The translations under genes were made by a program, and so were the position numbers. Positions 13,771 through 26,992 of a stretch of 64,000 nucleotides of DNA are shown here, in pieces. Each line of letters starts with the position of its first letter. Within the stretch, counting starts at the first letter, position 1. The notes beneath the pieces were generated by a model, which saw only the letters and a program-made list of their open reading frames with translations, did no database searches and was not told where the DNA came from. Where the stretch lies: NCBI RefSeq assembly GCF_964355755.1, contig NC_092676.1, forward strand, positions 13,410,871-13,474,870. Direction: 5' to 3'. The stretch is from Antedon mediterranea. Its lineage: Eukaryota > Animalia > Echinodermata.

Positions 13771-16164
13771 ATCCCGATTTGACGTACATACATCGATCCC
13801 GTATTTATGTACAGACATCGATCCCGTATTTACTTACAGACATCAACCTAGTTTCTACGTACAAACATCGATCCCGATTTAACGTACATACATCGACCCC
13901 GATTTTACGTACATACATCGACCCCGATTTTACGTACAGTCATCGACCCAGTTTTTACGTACATACATCAACCTCGATTTTACGTACAGACATTGACCCG
14001 ATTTTACGTACATACATCGACCCCGATTTTACATACATACATCGACTCCTATTTTACATACAGACAACGACCCCGATTTTACGTACAGACATCGACCTAG
14101 TTTTGACGTACAGATACCTACCCCGTTTTGACGTACAGACATCGACACCAATTTTACGCAAAGACAACGACCCCGATTTCACGAATATACATCGATCCCG
14201 TATTTACGTACAGACATCGATCCCGTATTTACTTACAGACATCGACCTAGTTTCTACGTGCAAATATCAACCTCGATTTAACGTACTTATATCGATCCCG
14301 ATTTGACTTACATACATCAATCCCGTATTTACGTACAGACATCGATCCCGTATTTACTTACAGACATTGACCTAGTTTCTACGTACAAACATCGATCCCG
14401 ATTTAACGTACATACATCGACCCCGATTTTACGTACAGACATCGACCCCGATTTTACGTAAATACATCGACCCGATTTTACGTACAGTCATCGACACAGT
14501 TTTTACGTACAGACATCGACCCCGATTTTCCGTACACGCATCGACTCCGATTTAACGTACAAACATCGATCCCGATTTTACGTACAGACATCGACCCCGA
14601 TTTTACGTATAGACATCGCCCCGATTTTACGTAAAGTCATCGACCCAGTTTTTACGTACAGACATCGACCTTGATTTTACGTACAGAAATCAACCCCGAT
14701 TTTACGTAAAGACATCGACCCTGATTTTACATACAGACATCGACCTAGTTTTTACGTACAGACATCGACCCCGTTTTTACATACATATATCGACTCCGTT
14801 TTTACGTACAGACATCGACCTAGTTTTTACGTACCGACATCGACCTCAATTTTACGTGCAGACATCGACCCCGATTTTACGTACAGACATCGACCTAGCT
14901 TTGAACTACAGACATCAACTGCGATTTTACGTACAGACATCGACCTACCTTTGAACTACAGACATCGACACCGGTTTTACGTACAGACATCGACCCTGAT
15001 TTTACGTACAGACATCGACCCCGTCTTTACATACAGACATCGATCTTGTTTTTTAAGTACAGAGATCGACCTAGTTTTTACGTACCGACATCGACCCAGT
15101 TTTTACATACAGATATCGAATCCGATTTTCCGCACAGACATTGACCCCGATTTCACGTGCAGACACCGACCCCATTTTTACGTACAGGCATCGACCCCGA
15201 TTTAATGTATAGACATCGACCCCGATTTTATGTACAGACATCGGCCTAGTTTTTATGTACAGACATCGACCTAGTTTTTAGGTACCGACATCGACCTCAA
15301 TTTTACGTGCAGACATCGACCCCAATTTTACGTACAGACATCGACCTAGCTTTGAACTACAGACATCAACTGCGTTTTTACGTAAATATATCGACCCCAA
15401 TTTTACGTACAGATATCGACCCAGTTTTTTCGTACAGACATCGACGCCATTTTTACGTACAGACATCGACCTTGATTTTACATACAGAAATGTACCCCGA
15501 TTTTACGTACAGACATCGACCCCGATTTTTACGTATAGACATCGACCTTGATTTAACGTACAGACATCGAACCCGTTTTTACGTGCAGAGATCGATCCCG
15601 TCTTTACATACAGACATCGACCTAGTTTTTACGTAAAGACATCGACCCTGATTTTACATACAGACATCGACCTAGTTTTGACGTACAGACATCGATCCCG
15701 TTTTTACATACATATATCGACTCCGTTTTTACGTACAGACATCGACCTAGTTTTTACGTACCGACATCAACCTTGATTTTACGTAGAGACATTGACCCCG
15801 ATTTTACGTACATACATCGACCTCGATTTTAGGTACAGACATCGACCCCGATTTTACGTACAGACATCGACCTAGTTTTGACGTACAGACATCGACCCAA
15901 ATTTCACGATCAGACATCGATCCCGTATTTACGTACAGATATCGATCTCGTATTTACGTACAGACATCGACCCCGTTTTTACGTAAAGACATTGACCTAG
16001 TTTTTATGTACCGACATCGACCAAGTTTTTACGTACAGAAATCGACCCCGATTTTACGCACAGACATCGACCCCGATTTTACGTACAGACATCGACCCCG
16101 ATTTTACGTACAGACATCGACCCCGATTTTACGTATAGACATCGCCCCGATTTTACGTAAAGTC

Positions 16165-19100
16165 ATCGACCCAGTTTTTACGTACAGACATCGACCTTGA
16201 TTTTACGTACAGAAATCAACCCCGATTTTACGTACATACATCGACCCCGATTTTACGTACAGACATCGACCCCGATTTTACGTACAGACATCGACCTAGT
16301 TTTTACGCACCGACATCGACCTAGACTTTACATACAGTCAGCGACCCCGATTTTACATACAGACATTGACCTAGTTTTGACGTACAGATATCGACCCCGT
16401 TTTGACGTACAGATATCGACACCGATTTTACGCAAAGACAACGACCCCGATTTCACGTACAGACATCGACACCGATTTTACGTACAAACATCGACCATGA
16501 TTTTACATACAGACATCGACCTAGTTTTTACGTACAGACATCGACCCTGATTTTACATACAGACATCGACCTAGTTTTGACGTACAGACATCGACCCCGT
16601 TTTTACATACAGATATCGACTCTGTTTTTACGTACAGACATCGACCTAGTTTTTACGTACCGACATCGACCTCGACTTTACGGACAGACAGCGACCCCGA
16701 TTTTACGTACAGCCATCAACCCCGTTTTGACGTACAGACATCGACTTAATTTTGACGTACAGACATCGACTTAATTTTGACGTACAGACATTGACCCCGA
16801 TTTTACGTACAGACATCGACCAAGTTTTTACGTACAGACCTCAACCTCGATTTTACGTACAGACATCGACCCCGTTTTTACGTACATACCTTGACCCCAA
16901 TTTAACGTACAGACATCGACCCCAATTTTACGTACAGACATCGACCTAGTTTTTACGTACAGACATCGACCCCGATTTTACGTACAGACATCGACTCCTC
17001 TTTTATGTACAGACATCGACCCTGATTTTCCGTACAGATATCGACCCCGATTTTACGTACATACATCGACCCCGATTTTACGTACAGACATCGACCTCGA
17101 TTTTAAGTACAGACATCGACCCGATTTTACCTACAGTCATCGACCCAGTTTTTACGTACAGACATCAACCTCGATTTTACGTACCGACATCGATCCCTAA
17201 TTTACGTACATACATCGACCCCGATTTTACGTACATACATCGATCCCTATTTTACGTACAGAGATCGACTCAGTTTTTACGTATAGACATCGACCCCGAT
17301 TTTACATTCAGACATCGACCCCGATTAAACGTACATACATCGAACCCGATTTTACGTACATACATCGACCCCGATTTTACGTACAGCCATCAACCCCGTT
17401 TTTACGTACAGATATCGACCCCGTTTTGACGGACAGAAATCGACCCCGTTTTGAGGTACAGACATTGACCACGTTTTTACGTTCAGACATCGAACCCGAT
17501 TTACAGTACAGGCATCGACTCCGATTTAACTTAAAGACAACGACCCCGAATTCACGAACAGACATCGATCCCGTATTTAGGTACAGACATCGACCCCTAT
17601 TTTACGTACAGAGATCGACCCAGTTTTTACGTACAGACATCGACCCCGATTTTACGTACAGACATCGACCCCGATTTAACGTACATACATCGAACCTGAT
17701 TTTACGTACATACATCAACCCCGATTTTACGTACAGCCATCAACCTCGTTTTTGCGTACAGACATTGACCTAGTTTTGACATACAGATATCGACCCCGTT
17801 TTGACGTACAGAAATCGACCACGTTTTTACGTACAGACATCGAACCCGATTTACCGTACAGGCATCGATTCCGATTTAACGTACAGACATCAACCCCGAT
17901 TTTATGTACATACATCGACCCCGATTTTACGTACAGACATCGACCTCGATTTTACGTATAAACATCGACCCAGTTTTTACGTACAGACATCGTCCTTGTT
18001 TTTACGTACAGACATCGACCCTTATTTTACAAACAGACATCGACCTAGTTTTGACGTACATATATCGACTCCGTTTTTACGTACAGACATCGACCTAGTT
18101 GTTACGTACAGACATCGACCCTGATTTTACATACAGACATCGACCCAGTTTTTACGTACAGACATCGACCTTGATTTTACGTACAGAAATCAACCCCGAT
18201 TTTACGTACATACATCGACCCCGATTTTACGTACAGACATCGACCCCGATTTTACGTACAGACATCGACCTAGTTTTTACGCACCGACATCGACCTAGAC
18301 TTTACATACAGTCAGCGACCCCGATTTTACATACAGACATTGACCTAGTTTTGACGTACAGATATCGACCCCGTTTTGACGTACAGATATCGACACCAAT
18401 TTTACGCAAAGACAACGACCCCGATTTCACGTACAGACATCGACACCGATTTTACGTACAAACATCGACCATGATTTTACATACAGACATCGACCTAGTT
18501 TTTACGTACAGACATCGACCCTGATTTTACATACAGACATCGACCTAGTTTTGACGTACAGACATCGACCCCGTTTTTACATACAGATATCGACTCTGTT
18601 TTTACGTACAGACATCGACCTAGTTCTTACGTACCGACATCGACCTCGACTTTACGGACAGACAGCGACCCCGATTTTACGTACAGCCATCAACCCCGTT
18701 TTGACGTACAGACATCGACTTAATTTTGACGTACAGACATCGACTTAATTTTGACGTACAGACATTGACCCCGATTTTACGTACAGACATCGACCAAGTT
18801 TTTACGTACAGACCTCAACCTCGATTTTACGTACAGACATCGACCCCGTTTTTACGTACATACCTTGACCCCAATTTAACGTACAGACATCGACCCCAAT
18901 TTTACGTACAGACATCGACCTAGTTTTTACGTACAGACATCGACCCCGATTTTACGTACAGACATCGACTCCTCTTTTATGTACAGACATCGACCCTGAT
19001 TTTCCGTACAGATATCGACCCCGATTTTACGTACATACATCGACCCCGATTTTACGTACAGACATCGACCTCGATTTTAAGTACAGACATCGACCCGATT

Positions 19101-20112
19101 TTACCTACAGTCATCGACCCAGTTTTTACGTACAGACATCAACCTCGATTTTACGTACCGACATCGATCCCTAATTTACGTACATACATCGACCCCGATT
19201 TTACGTACATACATCGATCCCTATTTTACGTACAGAGATCGACCCAGTTTTTACGTATAGACATCGACCCCGATTTTACATTCAGACATCGACCCCGATT
19301 TAACGTACATACATCGAACCCGATTTTACGTACATACATCGACCCCGATTTTACGTACAGCCATCAACCCCGTTTTTACGTACAGATATCGACCCCATTT
19401 TGACGGACAGAAATCGACCCCGTTTTGAGGTACAGACATTGACCACGTTTTTACGTTCAGACATCGAACCCGATTTACAGTACAGGCATCGACTCCGATT
19501 TAACTTAAAGACAACGACCCCGAATTCACGAACAGACATCGATCCCGTATTTAGGTACAGACATCGACCCCTATTTTACGTACAGAGATCGACCCAGTTT
19601 TTACGTACAGACATCGACCCCGATTTTACGTACAGACATCGACCCCGATTTAACGTACATACATCGAACCTGATTTTACGTACATACATCAACCCCGATT
19701 TTACGTACAGCCATCAACCTCGTTTTTGCGTACAGACATTGACCTAGTTTTGACATACAGATATCGACCCCGTTTTGACGTACAGAAATCGACCACGTTT
19801 TTACGTACAGACATCGAACCCGATTTACCGTACAGGCATCGATTCCGATTTAACGTACAGACATCAACCCCGATTTTATGTACATACATCGACCCCGATT
19901 TTACGTACAGACATCGACCTCGATTTTACGTATAAACATCGACCCAGTTTTTACGTACAGACATCGTCCTTGTTTTTACGTACAGACATCGACCCTTATT
20001 TTACAAACAGACATCGACCTAGTTTTGACGTACATATATCGACTCCGTTTTTACGTACAGACATCGACCTAGTTGTTACGTACAGACATCGACCCTGATT
20101 TTACATACAGAC
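16165..20112 (+). repeat. Tandem duplication of a 1974-bp satellite block
   Basis: Identical variant strings recur at a 1974-bp offset (16197/18171, 17426/19400, 17801/19775). Boundaries are approximate. Confidence 0.8.
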
Positions 20113-20662
20113 ATCGACCCCGTTTTTACGTACCGACATCGACCTCAATTTTACGTACAGACAGCGACCCCGATTTTACTTACAGACATCGACCTAGTTT
20201 TAACGTACAGATATCGACCCAGTTTTGACGTAAATACATCGACAGCGATTTTACGTAAAGACAACGACCCCGATTTCACGAACAGACATCGATCCCGTAT
20301 TTACGTACAGACATCGACCCCGATTTTACGTACATACATCGACCCCGATTTTACGTACAGAGATCGACCCAGTTTTTACGTACAGACACCGACCCCGATT
20401 TTACGTACATACATTGACCCCGATTTAACGTACATACATCGAACCCGATTTTACGTACATACATCGACCCCGATTTTACGTACAGTCATCGACCAAGTTT
20501 TTACGTACAGACATCAACCTCGATTTGACGTACAGACATCGAACCCGATTTTACGTACAGACATCGACCACGATTTTACGTACAGACATCGACCCGATTT
20601 TACGTACAGCCATCAACCCCGTTTTTACGTACAGACATCGACCCCGTTTTGACAAACAGACG

Positions 20663-20815
20663 TGTCGGTACGTAAAAACTAGGTCGATGTCTGTACGTAA
20701 AAACAGAGTCGATGTCTGTACGTAAAATCGAAGTCGATGTCGGTACGTAAAAACTAGGTCGATGTCTGTACGTAAAAACAGAGTCGATGTCTGAATGTCA
20801 AAACGGGGTCGATGT
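20663..20815 (-). repeat. Inverted patch of ~6 satellite monomers (duplicate of 4391-4543)
   Basis: Same sequence and junctions as 4391-4543. Confidence 0.9.
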
Positions 20816-21034
20816 ACATGAAATCGACACTATTTTGAGGTAAAGACATCGACCACGTTTTTACGTACAGACATCGAACCCGATTTACCGTACAGGCATC
20901 GACTTCGATTTAACGTACATTCATCAACCCCGCTTTTACGTACAGACATCGACCTAGTTTTTACGTACAGACATCGATCCAGATTTTACATACAGACATC
21001 GACCCCGTTTTTACGTGCCGACATCGACCTCGAT

Positions 21035-24000
21035 GTTTTAATTTTGTTTTGTCTTGTGTGAGTTCATCTCACGTTTATTTAAATTCTCATTGGTGAATAT
21101 ATTATATACATATAAGTATATTTGTGACAATTAAAAGTAAGTGTTTAAAGTAGTTAAAATACAGGTATATTTACATAATAAGATGCTTGAATTCAGTATT
21201 AACCATATTTGTTTTCATTAAAATTTTAGAAAAAAAATGAAAAATGGCGGTAAAATACATGATTAAAATGTTCTTGTTAAACTATCTTATTTGTGCTCTT
21301 ATTTGTGTTCGAGTAGAGAGGCTATAAACTCAGGGGAGGAAAATGTAGTATCCTCCCTTTTCACCAAGATAAAAAGGATGAAATGAAAAAGAGGAATGCA
21401 AAGGTTTGAAAGTTAGATATTTAGAATGATAGCATGCAATAATATATTTATTGAAAACCGTAAGTTTAGAGTCCATACACTGTGCGAGACACTTCATACC
21501 CGAGGTCACCTTGGTACAACTACTACTTACAATTTGTATTTACGATATAAAATATTGCAAATATAGAAAAATATATATATTGAACAAATACAAATACATG
21601 CAGATAACATTGACATGTTTACAATATGAATATTGCAAATATAGAAAAATATATATATATTAAAAAATAAATACCAATAATTACAGATTTCATATAAGTT
21701 ATTAAAATTGTCTAAAAACATAATCAAGGGTTACATTTAAAATCACTTGAAATAAAAAAGGGCTACATATTTATATTAAAACTTATACAGCATATGTCAC
21801 ACTAATATAAAATACAATTGTAAAACGTAGGGATGGAGATCTCCAGCACATATATATTTTAATTATTCAATAGGTCAAATATCCTGTCTTTACTCTTTTT
21901 CCATTTCTGATCAGCAGTATAAAAGTTATACGAATACTCATTATTTATGAGGTTTATAATTTCATTTTTAAATAGCCCCCAAATATTTGCAGATTCTTTT
22001 TTTTTCTGTCGTTTCTAGTTCTTTATATATTATGGAGGATTTATATATACAAAAATTAAAAACTGAAATTAATTCGTTTACAAGTTTGTTTGTTGTTCCA
22101 AAAATTACATTAACCCACTTTGGGAAGTCTTGCTGTACTGTAACCTCATTTGGAAGACACTGAACCAGCATATCTTTTTTTACATAATTATAAGGATTCG
22201 ATGTAACAACTTAAAATGAGCTACTTTTACCATGTGTTTCATTCTACATACTTTTCTATTCCATATTTCATTCCAGTCAATAATTTCATCTCTAAATTCT
22301 ATTTCCCATTTCATTTGAGGATTTGGAATAATACATATACCATTTATAAACTGCTTAAAATCGTAAGACGATCTTATCCTATTATGAAATATATTATGTT
22401 CTCTAAATTGTATACCTATGCGTGCATTTTCCAACCTCATTTGTTCTTTACATATATCAGGTATTGCATTTATTGTTGCAAAGTATTCAATTAATCCATT
22501 CTGTTTATTCGACAGAGTTGGAATAATTTCTGCTGCAGTCAATAACCTGTTATTTACGATTATATCATTTACTCTTTTGTATCCAGAGTTTAACCAGGTG
22601 TTGAAATATAGAGATTTTCCCTCAATTGATGTTATAAATTTGTTTTCCCATAAGTGTTAGTATGCGCTTCAGTATTTAATTTACTACAATTCGCAGTATA
22701 ATCAACTGGATGCATATATTAGTTTGGAATACATTTCCAAATACCTGGGTTAGGATTTAACAGTCTATTAACCCAACTCAACTTCAGAGAGTCCACTAAG
22801 ATATTAAAATTCACCACATTTATACCACCTTTATCTACTGTGTTTATAAGAGTTTTTCCTTTAATTTGTTCCCTTTTTCCTCCCCACAAAATCTATATAA
22901 CAATGTATCAACTTTTGGAAAGATATAAGATGGTACATCTATTATACAAGCATTGTATATTAATTTCGAAATGGTAAGAGATTTTATTACTGTTACCTTG
23001 CCAAAAAACATAAGGTTTCGTTTTTCCCATAGTTTTAGTGTATTCTCTAATTTTAAAACTGTATCATCCCAATTTCGTTTAACACAAGTATGTTTATCAT
23101 ACCCTACGTAGATTCGAAGGAATTTCACTGGTTCTTTGGTCCATTTGATATTAAATGGCGATGTCTGTTTGTTTTTATTTGCTCCAATCCAAATTCCTTT
23201 CGATTTACTTTTATTTAACCTTAAACCTGATATTGAACAGAACATTTCAATTTCACACAGAAAATGGTTTAAACTAATTTCATCCTTTGTAAATATTACA
23301 CTATCGTCAGCTAGTTGAGCTATTTTAACAATATGATCTTCATTTTCATAAAGCAGACAAAGGACAACCCTGTCTTACACCACATCTCATATTGAATCTA
23401 TCAGATATCCAACCATTGTGGGTTACAAGGCATTGTGTATCTGTATATATAGTTTTTACCCAGTTAATAAATGACTGTCCAAAACCATATTTTTTCAGAC
23501 ATATAAACATTAAATTTCTATCTATAGAATCAAACGCCTTGGCAAAGCCTAGAAAAACTATTGCACCTGGCTGATTGTTATTTTCTGTATATTACAATAC
23601 ATCTTCTACTAACCTAATATTCTCTCCTCCAAATCTCCCTTTGACATAACCTTTCTGATCATATCCAATTATAGATCCAATTACAATTTGCATTCTATTG
23701 GAGAGAACATGAGCCATTACTTTATAATCTACATTCAGTAGTGTTATAGGCCTCCAGTTTTCTAGTTTTTCTCTTTGTCCGCCTTTAAACAGTTGATTTA
23801 TAATACCTAGTCTTTGTGAGCCGCCTAATCTTTTGCTAATAATATAGCAGTTATTCAAAGCGTCACATAACATATCTTTAATATCAACCCAAAAATGTCT
23901 ATAAAATTCAACACTCAAGCGATCCGAACCTGGACTTTGTTGAGTTTCATTTTTTCTATAGCATTTGTAAGTTCTTCTGCTGATATAAATCCTTCACATT

Positions 24001-24113
24001 TCACAGAGTTGTCATAAGAAAGTGTATTTATTTTAGTGTTTCTTACATACTTATTTATCCTACCCTGTGGAATTGTTTTACATGCATACAACTTTTCATA
24101 AAAGCTTACTTGT
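21035..24113 (-). mobile_element. L1/Tx1-like LINE, copy 2 (3079 bp, no Helitron)
   Basis: Near-identical to 4763-9042 minus the 1201-bp Helitron. The same TSD is at 21024-21034 and 24114-24124. Confidence 0.9.
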
Positions 24114-25151
24114 TCGACCTCGATTTTAAGTACAGACAGTGACCCCGATTTTACTTACAGACATCGACCTAGTTTTAACGTAAAGATATACACCCCGATT
24201 TGACGTACATACATCGACAGCGATTTTACGTAAAGACAACTACCCCGATTTCACGAACAGACATCGATCCCGTATTTACGTACAGGCATCGACCCCGATT
24301 TTACGTACAGACATCGACCCCGATTTTACGTACATACATCGACCCCTATTTTACGTACAGAGATCGACCCAGTTTTTACGTACAGACATCGACCCCGATT
24401 TTACGTACAGACATCGATCCCGATTTAACGTACATACATCGAACCCGATTTTACGTACAGACATCGACCCCGTTTTGACGTACAGACTTCGACAGCGATT
24501 TTACGTAAAGACAACGACCCCAATTTTACGTACATACATCGACCACTATTTTAAGTACAGAGATCGACCCAGTTTTACGTACAGACATCGACCCCGATTT
24601 TACGTACAGACATCGACCCTGATTTTACGTACAGACATCGACCCCGTTTTTACATAGAGACATCGACTCTGTTTTAACGTACAGACATCGACCTAGTTTT
24701 TACGTACCGACATCGACCTCAATTTTACGTACAGATATCGACCCCGATTTTACGTACATACATCGACCCCGATTTTACGTACAGACATTGACCTCGATTT
24801 TACGTACATGCATCGACCCTGATTTTACGTACAGACATCGACACAGATTTTACGTACATTCATCGACCTAGTTTTGACGTACAGACATCGACACAGATTT
24901 TACGCAAAGATATCGACCCCGATTTCACGTACAGACATCGACCACGATTTTACTTGCAGACATCAACACAGTTTTTACGTACAGACAGCGACACCGTTTT
25001 ACGTACCGATTACGACCCCGATTTTACGTACAGAAATCGACCTAGTTTTTAGGTACAGACATCGACACTGATTTTACGTACAGACATCGACCCTGATTTT
25101 ACGTACAGACATCGACCCCGTTTTTACATAGAGACATCGACTCTGTTTTAA

Positions 25152-26040
25152 TAACCCTCTTAATTCCCTAGAGAGAGCCATTTCCCCTCAACCGAATTCT
25201 TTTCAGAACAGCATTTTTATAGTACTCCAGGGAGTTGACATTTTTAAAACAGTAATTTCATCATTTTATTATAAATGTATGAAAATATGTTTCTAAAAAC
25301 AAATATTCCTTATTAAATTTCCTGTAAAATGATGTATAATGAATATTTGTATGATTTATTTTTATTTATGAAATGTATGAATTAAAAAAAAATAAAATTT
25401 TTAAATAAAATTTCTTTAAAAAAATCGTATAAAAACGATAATAAAATGATATTTAGAAAACCCCAAGAAACAAATATTTATAATACATACCTATAAATGT
25501 ACATTTACTTGAACAAAAGTAATAATAGGAGAGTTAGATACGAGTTATTTTATTCAAATAAACCGCCATCGTATAATTTTAGCCTAGGCCCAATCAAACC
25601 ATCCTATCACCATCGTTAGTCTGAGCATGCCCACTACAAGCAAGTTGCTCAGGCGAGTAAATTCTGACAACGTGCTGCATGGGCCTACAAAAAATCCTTC
25701 TCGCGTTGCACATTTTTCAACAAAGGAATCAGTATTTCCGGTTGTCTGACTAGATACGGGAAACGTGTAGTCCACAAACAACGTAATTTTGATTAATTAA
25801 TCAGTTTTTAATTAATATTTCCAAAAGATTTTCCAATAGCGAAAATGTTGTCGTTGACATTTTTGGAAAGTAAATTTTACGCTTGATCGAATAAAAGCTA
25901 TCCCAGAATCCTCAGACAAGCAGAAGTTAGTGATTATCGCCCTCAAACACAGAAGGTACGTTTGGTGTCTAACGCCGACCATGGGTGTTCAACGCATGTC
26001 CCTTGGGGTTTCAAACGCCGCCCGTGGCACTAAGAGGGTT
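25152..26040. mobile_element. Non-autonomous TIR DNA transposon/MITE with piggyBac-like CCC...GGG ends
   Basis: TIRs are AACCCTCTTA...TAAGAGGGTT. It is inserted at the TTAA of GTTTTAACGT (empty paralogous sites near 9526 and 24672). No transposase ORF. The TSD is irregular. Confidence 0.75.
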
Positions 26041-26353
26041 TAACGTACAGACATTGACCTAGTTTTGACGTACAGACATCGACACAGATTTTACGCAAAG
26101 ATATCGACCCCGATTTCACGTACAGACATCGACCACGATTTTACTTGCAGACATCAACACAGTTTTTACGTACAGACAGCGACACCGTTTTACGTACCGA
26201 TTACGACCCCGATTTTACGTACAGAAATCGACCTAGTTTTTAGGTACAGACATCGACACTGATTTTACGTACAGACATTGACCCCGATTTTACGTACAGA
26301 CATCGACCTAGTTTTTACATACAGACATCGACCCCGTTTTTACATACACATAT

Positions 26354-26992
26354 TGTAATATAATGTTGCGTTGTTGAGGTACTAATGAAGGACTCTGACT
26401 CGCTTGACTGTCGTAACACATATATTATTTATTCAGTATAATACTTCAGTACAATATACAACTATAAGTATAGATAAGGAACGCGGAGGATCAATGATGC
26501 TGTCGGTGAGGTGTGAAGTGTGTTAGTCTGCTTCTGGAGAAGTGGCTGTAAGGTGTGTGCTCCGTGAGGTGGCTGTAAGGTGTAGATGTTCCTCTGAAGA
26601 AATGGCTGTGAGGTGTGTCTGGGCCCTTCTGAAAATTGGGAGTATATTGGCTCAGTTCATTTGCATAATGTCATTACATCATCTGTGAGGGTAACGATTG
26701 GTCCTAAGTTGATCCAGGGGTGTTTAAGTGGGAGTGATTAACGGTATAATAAGGTATTTCTGTGATGGATGACACTGTCAAATCTGTACTTAAATAGTGT
26801 CGATCACTCCTGGTTTAACGATGGGAAAGTCACAAAATTAAGCTAAGTGTTTTCTTTAGGGATTCTATTATAAACTAAATGGTCATTAAAACATCTGGAC
26901 AAACTCTCCTTTGGACTTTCTGGGTCAATTTTGTGAACCTATTTGAATTCCGATACAATTTCTTAAATATAAAAGTATATCTTTATATTACA
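26354..26992 (-). mobile_element. Solo LTR (639 bp), probably Gypsy-type
   Basis: TG...CA ends with the 10-bp inverted repeat TGTAATATAA/TTATATTACA and a 4-bp TSD ATAT (26350-26353, 26993-26996). Minus-strand AATAAA near 26430. The empty site ACACATATACAT occurs in five paralogous blocks. Confidence 0.85.

Noticed and set aside
21035-24113. Independent second insertion proving site-specific LINE targeting
   Set aside because: The identical truncation point, TSD and flanks show it arose by segmental duplication.
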